From positions 3,616,001-3,680,000 of the forward strand of contig CAXXLX010000001.1 in assembly GCA_963665235.2 (NCBI GenBank): a stretch of DNA of 64,000 nt, read 5' to 3'. Below the pieces are notes generated by a model that saw nothing but the letters and a program-made list of their open reading frames with translations, was not told where the DNA came from and made no database searches. The DNA comes from Candidatus Poribacteria bacterium (GTDB lineage: Bacteria > Poribacteria > WGA-4E > WGA-3G). Positions 38,469-47,299 of the stretch are shown here, piece after piece. Position numbers and translations under genes: made by a program. Each line of letters begins with the position of its first letter. Position 1 is the stretch's first letter.

Positions 38469-39532
38469 TGTTTGCTTTCTCCATGTACTTTTTGGACAGC
38501 GTCAACCAATTTTTCCGTGCCAAACCGCACCACATCTGTTGCTGGCAATCCTGTTTCCGCTTCTGCGGCAGCAATTGCTTCCTGCGCTGCCTTCTCAGTC
38601 AAATCGAAACAATTTAACGCTATCCCGATGACCTTGGCAGGTTTAATCGGTGCAGTTAGCATTTCATAGTGTGCAATCAGCTGCGATAACGGGGGCAACG
38701 GCACTGTATACCGTGCAACCGTGTCCCGCGAGGGTTGATGACAGAATATCATCGCATCCGGCATGCTTCCGTGGAGCAGACTTAGCGTTACACCAGAATA
38801 CCCCGGGTGTACTAACGACCCCTGCCCTTCGACAATCAAAAGGTCGTGATTTTTCGCGCCTTCAAGCACAATCTGCTCCGCTGCGCCTGCGGTGAAATCG
38901 GAGACGACTGCATCAATTGCAATTCCCCACCCCCAGACCATGATGCCGTTCTGTCCTGTGGCGCAAAACTCGGCATTGTGTCCGCGTGCCCGTGCCGCGC
39001 GCGTAACCTCTATACCGGATAACATTTTCCCGACACGGCAATCTGAACCGACCGTCAGGATAACGGTGGCATCCACATCGGCGGCTTTACATGTGGCAAC
39101 TGGCAAATTATCGGGCGGTTTTCGGGCATCCCATAGGACGACACCTTCTGCTTCTGCTAACTTTGCAAGTTCAGGGTCATCACTCAAAAAGTGGTGGAGC
39201 CCGCTCATGACATGCAAACCTGAACCAATTGCTTCTCGGAGGATTGCGCGCCAGGGAGGCGGCAACTCACCACCGGGCGGTGCAATGCCGATAGCCAATA
39301 GTGTCGGTTGAAACCGCATCGCCTCAGCAAGCGTGTGAACAATAGGGATGCCTGCGCCAATTTCAATGACATCACTGACATCTTGCCCCGCTTTTGTGCT
39401 ATCAATGACTGCGACGACGTTGTCGGGCAGATAACGGACTAAAACCGTCGCTGTCTTTGACTCAAGCACACCGAACGAACCTTCGGCAAGAATAACGATT
39501 CTGTGTGATTTAGGGTTTAGTTGTTTTTTCAT
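38465..39532 (-). CDS. DUF1611/DgcN-like P-loop protein
   Basis: KTA, GIAPPGG, SGLH, TVGSDCRVGKM, ATGQ, DAVVSDF and VEGQGSL motifs. Confidence 0.88.
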   Translation of the reverse strand: MKKQLNPKSHRIVILAEGSFGVLESKTATVLVRYLPDNVVAVIDSTKAGQDVSDVIEIGAGIPIVHTLAEAMRFQPTLLAIGIAPPGGELPPPWRAILREAIGSGLHVMSGLHHFLSDDPELAKLAEAEGVVLWDARKPPDNLPVATCKAADVDATVILTVGSDCRVGKMLSGIEVTRAARARGHNAEFCATGQNGIMVWGWGIAIDAVVSDFTAGAAEQIVLEGAKNHDLLIVEGQGSLVHPGYSGVTLSLLHGSMPDAMIFCHQPSRDTVARYTVPLPPLSQLIAHYEMLTAPIKPAKVIGIALNCFDLTEKAAQEAIAAAEAETGLPATDVVRFGTEKLVDAVQKVHGESKQ

Positions 39533-39642
39533 CTGTTTATACCGTAAACGTGCAATTGCCGGTGTATCGTTAAAATCTACTATAATCAGATTACCACAAA
39601 TCAGAATCATTTTCAAGGGGTGTGTAAAGTTTTCGTACACTA

Positions 39643-39810
39643 GTTTGTAGTAGGGCGATTCATCGCCCGTCGTGTAGGGCTCGTTTCGCTATCCGTCCAG
39701 CGTTTATTACACATTCAGTTATAACGGGTAATTTATCACACGTAATCCTAAAACGTGCTATGGTATTTCCAAAGGTGCCAACGGGCAATAAATGGTTCCC
39801 CTACTACGAA
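39643..39810. repeat. REPIN-like element: two GTAG-type hairpins in inverted orientation
   Basis: gtttgtagtagggcgattcatcgcccgt ... acgggcaataaatggttccctactacgaac. Confidence 0.7.
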
Positions 39811-39929
39811 CGCTGCTCTGACGCGCAATGCGTTTCCCTTAGGAGCAGACCGCTGGTTCCCAAATACTAAACATCGCTCTGAACACAAAAGCTGCATAAC
39901 CTTGTACAAAAACTGAAATGCACAAAAGC

Positions 39930-40033
39930 CCCTTCCGCGCCTTCCGTGTTCTCTGCGCTAATCCGCGATTCAGACAACACACGCGAAATCCACGCTTCCA
40001 CCCTTCCCCTCTTCCATCCTTCCATCCTTCCAT
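39930..40033. repeat. GATTCAGACAA + (CTTCCAyc)n dispersed repeat
   Basis: Related copies at 60531-60632 and, reversed, at 61610-61705. Confidence 0.75.
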
Positions 40034-40070
40034 TTATCATAGTACAAAACCTTGCACACTCAAAACTCAC

Positions 40071-40958
40071 CTATAGAGGTGGCAGAAATTGGCGGAGATG
40101 TCTGCATCCCAGCGCGAACCCATCTAAGCCCGGCATTCCCCGGTCCTCGTTCTCAACGCAAAGGATATAATCGTACCCAGACTCTACCAATGCCCCGATG
40201 ATAGTTCCCCAATTTAATTGTCCGCGCCCAGGAACTCTGTACTGCCACCACCAATTGCCGATAACTCCTTGGCGGAAAAGCATACGCGGACTGATTTCGC
40301 AATCCTTGACATCCGCATAATACCATTTGCCACTGAACATACGAATTGCGTCTTCAGCAGGTAAAATTCCCATCCATAGCCAATGTGAGGGGTCACAGGA
40401 TAAGCCGAGTGCATCCGAGGGTACAGCATCAAGAATCCGTTCCCACATTTCGGGATTACACGCTATATTCCCCATGCGAACAGCACAATCTAAGGCGAGC
40501 CGCACGCCTTTTTCCTCCGCAAATTTAACGACAGGTGTCCACATCTCCTTAAACCGTTCCACAAGCTCAATGGAGCGGTCCCCGGGGTTGCCGGGTTCGG
40601 AAGAGAATTGCCCATAGAAGTGCCAACTCACCGGGCTGCCCGCGTACGTCACCAGCACCGGAGCACCGAGGCGGTGTGTTGCTTCAATAGCGGACATCAA
40701 GGTGTCGCGAGCGGTTTCACGTTTTTCTATATCATCGTCGAGAAGGTTGCAATGTGCCGTTAGCGCAGCGAGATAGATGTCGTTTGCGGATAAAATCTCC
40801 TTGATTTCTTCTGTGCCAGCCTGTATAATTAGACTCGGTTCAAAAACGCCGGAGGCGTTGGGGCGGATTGCATCAAAATCGTTGACTTTTGCCCACTGTG
40901 CACATTCGGTAAGGCTCCATGCACCACCGCCGACACTGGTACTAAAACTGATGTTCAT
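40071..40958 (-). CDS. Sugar phosphate isomerase/epimerase (xylose isomerase-like TIM barrel)
   Basis: AHCNLL, DPSH, VKD, PGRG...W and VENED motifs. Confidence 0.85.
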   Translation of the reverse strand: MNISFSTSVGGGAWSLTECAQWAKVNDFDAIRPNASGVFEPSLIIQAGTEEIKEILSANDIYLAALTAHCNLLDDDIEKRETARDTLMSAIEATHRLGAPVLVTYAGSPVSWHFYGQFSSEPGNPGDRSIELVERFKEMWTPVVKFAEEKGVRLALDCAVRMGNIACNPEMWERILDAVPSDALGLSCDPSHWLWMGILPAEDAIRMFSGKWYYADVKDCEISPRMLFRQGVIGNWWWQYRVPGRGQLNWGTIIGALVESGYDYILCVENEDRGMPGLDGFALGCRHLRQFLPPL

Positions 40959-40995
40959 GATTTTCTCCCTTGGTTTTTTCTGTGTTCAATTTAGT

Positions 40996-41367
40996 CTACA
41001 ATTATGCGAATTCTTTGTCAAGAAAATCTCAATACAAATGGCAATTAGCAAATGGCGATTAGCAATTGGCAAGATGTTGTGATCCTAAGCAGATTTTTGA
41101 CACGCGTCAGAGACTTCTGGTTTCCAACAGTCATAAGTCAAATTCAATTGACACGCGTCAGCGACTTCTGGTCTACAATTATGCAAGTTCTTTGTCAAGA
41201 AAATCTCAATACAAATGGCAATTAGCAAATGGCGATTAGGCAAGATGTTGTGATCCTAAGCAGATTTTTGACACGCGTCAGAGACTTCTGGTTTCCAACA
41301 GCTATAAGCCAAATTCAATCTGACCTACAATTATGCGAATTCTTTGTCAAGAAAATCTCAATACAAA
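40996..41367. repeat. Three 43-bp direct repeats separated by two palindromic elements
   Basis: ctacaattatgc(g/a)a(a/g)ttctttgtcaagaaaatctcaatacaaa at 40996, 41173 and 41325; TGACACGCGTCA at 41098, 41149 and 41269. Confidence 0.9.
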
Positions 41368-42026
41368 ACTGCTCGACCTATATCATCAACTCCGAGCACA
41401 ATATGGACCCCATAATGGCCCCCAAGTGGTGGCCCGCGGATACGCCGTTTGAAGTGGCAATCGGTGCCATCTTAACGCAAGCCACAGCATGGCGGAACGT
41501 AGAGAAGGCGATTGACAACCTCAAAGTAGCGGAGGTTTTTACGCCTGAACGGATACAAGCTATCAGCCAGGTCGAATTGGAACATCTTCTCCATCCCTCC
41601 GGATATTATCGTGCAAAAGCGAAGAAGGTTCGCGCCTTTGTGGAACATATTGCAGAACGTCCCATGCCCGTGATGTTTACCCAAGATGTCCCCGAATTAC
41701 GTGAGGAGCTGCTCTCTATCTACGGTGTCGGTCCGGAAACAGCTGACTCAATTATCCTCTACGCCGCAGAGAAGCCTAGCTTTGTCGTGGATACTTACAC
41801 CTATAGACTCCTCTACCGATTGGGGTGGGTTGATGGAAATTATCATTATGCGAAACTCCGGGCTCTCTTTATGGATAATCTACCGCACGATGTCGCTCTG
41901 TTTAACGAATACCACGCGCTAATCGTTCGTCATGGTGCAAGAGTATGCCAGAAAACACCAAAATGTCAAGCATGTTGTTTGCAAAACGTGTGTGCATATT
42001 TTCAACGTGAAACTGAAGATATTTAA
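41333..42026 (+). CDS. Endonuclease III-like HhH-GPD protein with apparent +1 frameshift in a C5 run near 41419
   Basis: KLLDLYHQLRAQYGP in one frame, then WWPADTPFEVAIGAILTQ, GVGPETADSI, VVDTYT and a CX6CX2CX5C 4Fe-4S motif in the next. Confidence 0.8.
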
Positions 42027-42207
42027 TTTTGTAGCATAAACTTGTCAGTTCGCGCAGCAATAGGCGGAAAAGGACGCGGTTTGCACCACGGTTCGGACAT
42101 CATAAGCAAAAAAAACGCTGGACGATTCCCTTTTTTGCGTAAGTTGTATATTAAATACTGTCTACCGCTCGAAATTTGAAAAAAATGACATTTTTTGGAA
42201 TTTTAAC

Positions 42208-42236
42208 TTGACAAATGCTTTTTTAGCGTGTATGAT
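42208..42236 (+). promoter_or_regulatory. sigma70-type promoter for cassette 2
   Basis: TTGACA-17bp-TATGAT. Confidence 0.65.
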
Positions 42237-42385
42237 TAATAATATGGATATGCACAGACTTGCAGTCTATGCACAACACCGATTTTACTGCTATTAAGGT
42301 GGCAACTTCGGTTAGGTTATGAAGCATCGTCCATTTTTGGCGAAGGTATTGGCTTTAAGCATGGCAACATTTAAGGAGGAAAATA

Positions 42386-43255
42386 ATGTTAACATTAAGA
42401 TCAATCGGTATCGCAGTAGCGATAACATGTTCCCTTCTGTTCGGGATGGTCAATAGCAGCGATGCTGCTGAGATAACGTCTATGTCTTTATATGCGAGTG
42501 ATTACGGATACACCACTGTTCTTCTGACAGCCGATGAAGATATAGACTTTGTAGAATGGTCGATAAATCGTGATCCCCATGACCCTGACTCTGAATATGA
42601 AAAACTATTCACAAGTTCACACAGTGACAGAAGTATCGAGGTATACTTGGGATTCTTCCCGGGACACATTAAAGGTAAAAAGTATCGCATAAAGGCAGTC
42701 GCGTGGTTTAGGAATGAGGATAATACGTTCACCACGAACACCGACACTGTGCCGAACACAGTCTATCAACCGATAACCACATCTGGCATTCTCAAGACCG
42801 AAGAAGACGGCGGCAAAGACGGAAAATTCCGAGTCACCGGTGCCTATGGTTATGCGGCCATTTATCGTCAGTATTTTGATGGACTCGTTTTCGGCATGAG
42901 TGGCTCTGCCTATGCATCTAACGGGACTCAGCACACACTCAGCGCTGTCGCCTGGTTCCGACATCGAGAGTACACCGGCGAAGACGGCGCGGTTTTAGAT
43001 GAAAAACTAGATAACAAGTCAAGCAAGGAAATTAAGCCCGGTCAATCGTATAATGTTTTATCCAATCCTATGATTCTCGAATATTGGCACGGTAGACCTA
43101 TGAGACGGAATGAAGAGCGTTTTTTTAATGCACATACCCATCTCCAAGTGTCTAGCACTAGAGGGGCGCGGATTGTAGATGATTGGGAAGCAGATACACA
43201 ACAACAGACAGGGACAGCTGCTGTGAAGTTTACGCATGAAGATAATCCGGAGTAG
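42386..43255 (+). CDS. Secreted hypothetical protein (paralog of 3983-4801)
   Basis: RBS aaggagg; signal peptide ending FGMVNSSDA; YASNGT and NAHTHLQV motifs. Confidence 0.8.
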   Translation: MLTLRSIGIAVAITCSLLFGMVNSSDAAEITSMSLYASDYGYTTVLLTADEDIDFVEWSINRDPHDPDSEYEKLFTSSHSDRSIEVYLGFFPGHIKGKKYRIKAVAWFRNEDNTFTTNTDTVPNTVYQPITTSGILKTEEDGGKDGKFRVTGAYGYAAIYRQYFDGLVFGMSGSAYASNGTQHTLSAVAWFRHREYTGEDGAVLDEKLDNKSSKEIKPGQSYNVLSNPMILEYWHGRPMRRNEERFFNAHTHLQVSSTRGARIVDDWEADTQQQTGTAAVKFTHEDNPE

Positions 43256-43315
43256 TCAATCCATTATACCGGCAGGGGACACGCGCCCTTGCCACTCTCT
43301 AAAAGGAGCAACGTT

Positions 43316-44368
43316 ATGAATGGATACAAAGTTTTTTTGCTATGCTTGCTGCTTCTGCTTTGGTCGACCGTAGCCTATACCAAAATCCTTTTCGGTTCAG
43401 AACGCGACGGGGAGGTAGGCAAACCCAGCGGCGGGGTGCCGGGTATCTACGTAATGGACGACGATGGCAGCAACCTGACACTTCTTATAGAAAGCAAAGA
43501 GTGGAAACCAGGATCCGCGCGCTGGTCGCCCGACGGTAAACAGATTGTGTTTGAGTACGGTGTTGACGTCTACTTGATGAATCCGGATGGCACATCTGTT
43601 CGCCGCCTCATAAATAGAGAAATAGATACTTTTCTCATGGGTTTTTCATTTTCACCGGACAGTAAATCCATCGTTTTTAGTAGAGATTTTGATAGGAGAA
43701 ACACCATCACCGTGATGGACATTGCAACGAGAGAGATGAAAGTCATCGCGGACGTAGATGCTGTCAATTGCGAGGTGTCCCCGGATGGCAAACAGATTGT
43801 GTTTGATAAACCTTCGGCAGTCGGTGGTGGCGGGAACACAATATGGATTATGGATGCAGATGGTCATAAGCGGCACCCACGTATTCGCCCACTTATTCCG
43901 CCTCCCCCGCAGCAACAATTCTTTACCCACCGATTAAAACCGCGCTGGTCTCCTGATGGACAAAAAATTCTGTTTATGCAAAGAGAGTATATTTACAAGC
44001 AGTGGCCCGGTCTGGGGAACGCGCTAATCTACCTTGCACATCGGTATATGATTTGTGATCGAAACGGAGAGAACATCAAACAACTTGGAATACCCATAGA
44101 CTACGACGGGGTCAGCGCGGCCTGGGCGGATGACGGAGCATCTGTCGTTTTTACAGCGCGTAAAGATATGCCGTTGAATGAACCGATACCGAGAGATTTT
44201 GTGTGGCCCCCGAGTTATGTCTATAAATATCATATACGGACAGACAAAATCACACAGCTCACAGACGACCCAGGGTGGGATCAAATAATAGATTGGATCA
44301 GCGATGATGTGCTGCCTGTCTCACCAGCAGGCAAAAAAAAAGTAACGTGGGGGACACTCAAGCAGTAG
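43316..44368 (+). CDS. TolB-like beta-propeller secreted protein with C-terminal KKKVTWGTLK motif
   Basis: Paralog of 4946-6007: IYVMDDDGSN, WSPDG repeats, DPGWDQ.IDWISDDVL.V. Confidence 0.85.
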   Translation: MNGYKVFLLCLLLLLWSTVAYTKILFGSERDGEVGKPSGGVPGIYVMDDDGSNLTLLIESKEWKPGSARWSPDGKQIVFEYGVDVYLMNPDGTSVRRLINREIDTFLMGFSFSPDSKSIVFSRDFDRRNTITVMDIATREMKVIADVDAVNCEVSPDGKQIVFDKPSAVGGGGNTIWIMDADGHKRHPRIRPLIPPPPQQQFFTHRLKPRWSPDGQKILFMQREYIYKQWPGLGNALIYLAHRYMICDRNGENIKQLGIPIDYDGVSAAWADDGASVVFTARKDMPLNEPIPRDFVWPPSYVYKYHIRTDKITQLTDDPGWDQIIDWISDDVLPVSPAGKKKVTWGTLKQ

Positions 44369-44410
44369 ATTAGACAAAATCAAAAGAACATTCCATCCGT
44401 TTTACCTATC

Positions 44411-46054
44411 TCACCGCTTTTCCGTTATAATCAGCATCTGATTTGTCTCAACATTTTCAAAGGTTTCTACGTGTCCACAAAGCCACCGCACCGCTACTGA
44501 GTCAGCACGCGTCGCTGTGCCTAATCCGAAGTGCAACCGCATATCGCTTTGACTCAGATAACCGGAACCGCTTTTGACCTCTCGGATTTGCTGCAATTCT
44601 CCGGTGACAACCGTCACCCGTGCCCCAATTGCATCGCGAGCACAATGGGTGCCGAGTAACTGGACGCTTAGCCAACGCCCCGCGTTTCCAACTGCATTTT
44701 GCAAAACGGTCGGTGTGTCTTTCAGGTTAGCGACAACGATATCTACATCGCCGTCGTTATCAATATCGCCAAAGGCTGCGCCGCGGCTTACCTTCAGCGG
44801 GGATGCAACCGCTTCTGCGGCAAACGTTTGCCCTCGCTTGTTCCAGAAAAGTTGATTCGGTTGTGTGTATGTGCCGACCGGGTCCATCTCTGCAATATTA
44901 TCGTCGAGGTGCCCGTTAGCGACAAATAGGTCAAGCCAACCGTCGTTGTCAAAATCTACAAAGTCCACACCCCAAGCCAAATAGGGGAGACTCTTTTCGC
45001 CGATGCCTGAGGCAAAGCTCACATCGTTGAAAAACCCGTTTTGGGCGTTGTGATAGACGCTATTGACCTGATCTTGAAAGTTCGTAATGACGATATCGAG
45101 AAAACCGTCATTGTCAAAATCGCCGAGATTCGCGCCCATGCCGCTGTAGGCGCGTCCCTCCTCACTGAGGGCAACTCCAGCAAAAAGTGCATCTTCAGTA
45201 AACGTGCTGTCCCCGTTGTTGCGGTAGAGAAAATTTGGAGTGGTATCATTTGCCACAAAAATATCCACATCGCCATCGTTATCTACATCGCCGCAGACAA
45301 CGCCGAGCCCTTTGCCAGGGGGTGCCGTAATTCCTGCTTTTCGTGTTACATCAGTGAACGTGCCATCGCCGTTGTTGCGGTAGAGTCTATCTGCTGCCCC
45401 TGATAAGGCTTCAGGCGTACAATAGACCGGCACGCCGTGACGGGTGCACTCCGGATTTGCGTCTGTCCTGAATTGGACATAATTCACAACGTATAGGTCC
45501 AGATCGCCATCGGCATCATAGTCTAAAAAAGCGCATCCGCTACTGAGTCGATTGCAGCCGACACCCGCGTGCTTTGTTACGTCGGTGAACGTGCCATCGC
45601 CGTTGTTCCGATACAACACATTTGCGCCGTAGTTCGTCACATATAGGTCGGAGAAACCGTCGTTGTTATAATCTCCCACACAGCATCCCAAACCGTAACC
45701 TGTATCGCCGACACCTGCCTCGGTTGTCACATCGGTAAACGTACCATCACTGTTGCGATAAAGCGTGTTTTTCGGTGGAATTGGTGAGGTTGCCCCGGGT
45801 AAATCCCCTCCGTTGACGAGGTAAATATCTATAGCCCCATCGTTATCAAAGTCGAAGAGGGCAATCCCCCTTCCGAGCGGTTCGATGAAGTATTTTTTAC
45901 CGCTCTCACCGTTGGCATCGCGGAATTGGATACCGAGTTCTCTCGTCACATCGGCAAACCGTGCGGCAGCACTTTGTGTATCGCTCCAACCCGCTTCGAT
46001 ACCGGATAGCAGTATAAAAAATATTGTAAGATATATCAATTTTCTGTATGCCAT
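44411..46054 (-). CDS. CRTAC1/ASPIC-UnbV family FG-GAP repeat protein
   Basis: Repeated D(Y/F)DNDG.D(L/I) and LYRNNGDGTFTDVT; C-terminal DAIGARV..GSGYLSQ....HFGLG. Confidence 0.92.
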   Translation of the reverse strand: MAYRKLIYLTIFFILLSGIEAGWSDTQSAAARFADVTRELGIQFRDANGESGKKYFIEPLGRGIALFDFDNDGAIDIYLVNGGDLPGATSPIPPKNTLYRNSDGTFTDVTTEAGVGDTGYGLGCCVGDYNNDGFSDLYVTNYGANVLYRNNGDGTFTDVTKHAGVGCNRLSSGCAFLDYDADGDLDLYVVNYVQFRTDANPECTRHGVPVYCTPEALSGAADRLYRNNGDGTFTDVTRKAGITAPPGKGLGVVCGDVDNDGDVDIFVANDTTPNFLYRNNGDSTFTEDALFAGVALSEEGRAYSGMGANLGDFDNDGFLDIVITNFQDQVNSVYHNAQNGFFNDVSFASGIGEKSLPYLAWGVDFVDFDNDGWLDLFVANGHLDDNIAEMDPVGTYTQPNQLFWNKRGQTFAAEAVASPLKVSRGAAFGDIDNDGDVDIVVANLKDTPTVLQNAVGNAGRWLSVQLLGTHCARDAIGARVTVVTGELQQIREVKSGSGYLSQSDMRLHFGLGTATRADSVAVRWLCGHVETFENVETNQMLIITEKR

Positions 46055-46278
46055 TGTGTGTAGATATGCTATAATGCTAAAAGTATATGTTCAATGGATA
46101 ATTCAGCATCATGTTACATGAGTTATTAAGCTAACTTAGAAAGAAATCCGCCTGCAACAGCGGCGCAGGCGAGCGGAGGCCCATGATTCAAATTTTTGTA
46201 TCGCATTGTGTGTATATATGCTATAATGCTAAAAATATATTTTTTTCTGAACTCAGTTCATCTATTAGGAGATATCTA

Positions 46279-47247
46279 ATGGCTAAAAATTTACGTTTTG
46301 GTGTTGTCGGTTTGGGCATGGGCATGAATCGCTCCGGTATGATTCACAGTACCGAGGGGGCTGACCTCGTGGCTGTTGCGGACCTGGATGCAGGTCGATG
46401 CAAAGCAGCGGAGGAACGTTTCGGATGCGAAAGCCATGGCGACGCGCTTGAGATGTTCGACCGCGACGATATTGACGTTGCAATGATTATGACCCCCAGT
46501 GGGCTCCACGGTAAACTCGGAGAAGAAGCAGCACGGCGCGGTAAACATGTTATCACGACAAAACCGATGGATGTCAGCGTCGAAAATTGTGATGCACTCA
46601 TAAAAACCTGTGAAGACAACGGTGTCAAATTGCTCGTTGACTTCGGTGAACGATACGGCACACACAATAGACGAATTAGGGCTGCGCTCGAACAGGGTGA
46701 AATCGGGAGACCGCTCTTGTGTGAACTTCGTATGAAATGGAAACGCCCGGATAGCTACTACGTCGGATGGCACGGCACATGGGAATTTGATGGCGGCGGC
46801 TCCATTATGAACCAGGGCGTGCATTACATTGACCTGATGTTGTGGTTTATGGGGCCCGTCAAACGTGTCATCGGGGCACACTTCGATGTTTATGATCACG
46901 AAAATTGTGAAACCGAGGATATGACCTCCGCAATACTGGAATTTGAAAACGGCGCGCTGGGTCACGTTCTGACAACGACAACGTTCCCGGGCAGTAGCGT
47001 TTCAATGATTCACATCCACGGCGAAAAGGGTATCGTTGGGCTCGGGCCAGAGATGTGGCAGTTTGCTGAAGGTGAAGAACCGGAGATTGAACTTCCGCCT
47101 TACCCCGGTAATGTTATCCAAGATATGCTCCGCGTCATCCATGAGGATGCTGCCCCCGCTGTTGACGGTTATGAGGGGAGACGTTCTGTTGCACTGAACA
47201 TGGCTATTTACGAATGTGCAAGGACCGGCCAATCGGTTACGTTATAG
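46279..47247 (+). CDS. Gfo/Idh/MocA oxidoreductase
   Basis: FGVVGLGMG, TPSGLH, KP and DGGGSIMNQGVHYID motifs. Confidence 0.9.
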   Translation: MAKNLRFGVVGLGMGMNRSGMIHSTEGADLVAVADLDAGRCKAAEERFGCESHGDALEMFDRDDIDVAMIMTPSGLHGKLGEEAARRGKHVITTKPMDVSVENCDALIKTCEDNGVKLLVDFGERYGTHNRRIRAALEQGEIGRPLLCELRMKWKRPDSYYVGWHGTWEFDGGGSIMNQGVHYIDLMLWFMGPVKRVIGAHFDVYDHENCETEDMTSAILEFENGALGHVLTTTTFPGSSVSMIHIHGEKGIVGLGPEMWQFAEGEEPEIELPPYPGNVIQDMLRVIHEDAAPAVDGYEGRRSVALNMAIYECARTGQSVTL

Positions 47248-47299
47248 TTTTTCGCTTTCCTCCCATCCCGTTTGTAGGCGCGCTTTGTGAGCGTGCCTA

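Noticed and set aside
40996-41367. Mini-CRISPR (three repeats, two spacers)
   Set aside because: The intervening sequences are 109-134 bp, homologous to each other and to a dispersed element, and the repeat is a promoter/gene start.
34238-44368. Prophage, integron or diversity-generating retroelement explaining the cassettes
   Set aside because: No integrase, phage structural gene, reverse transcriptase, attC-like array or adenine-specific TR/VR pair was found.
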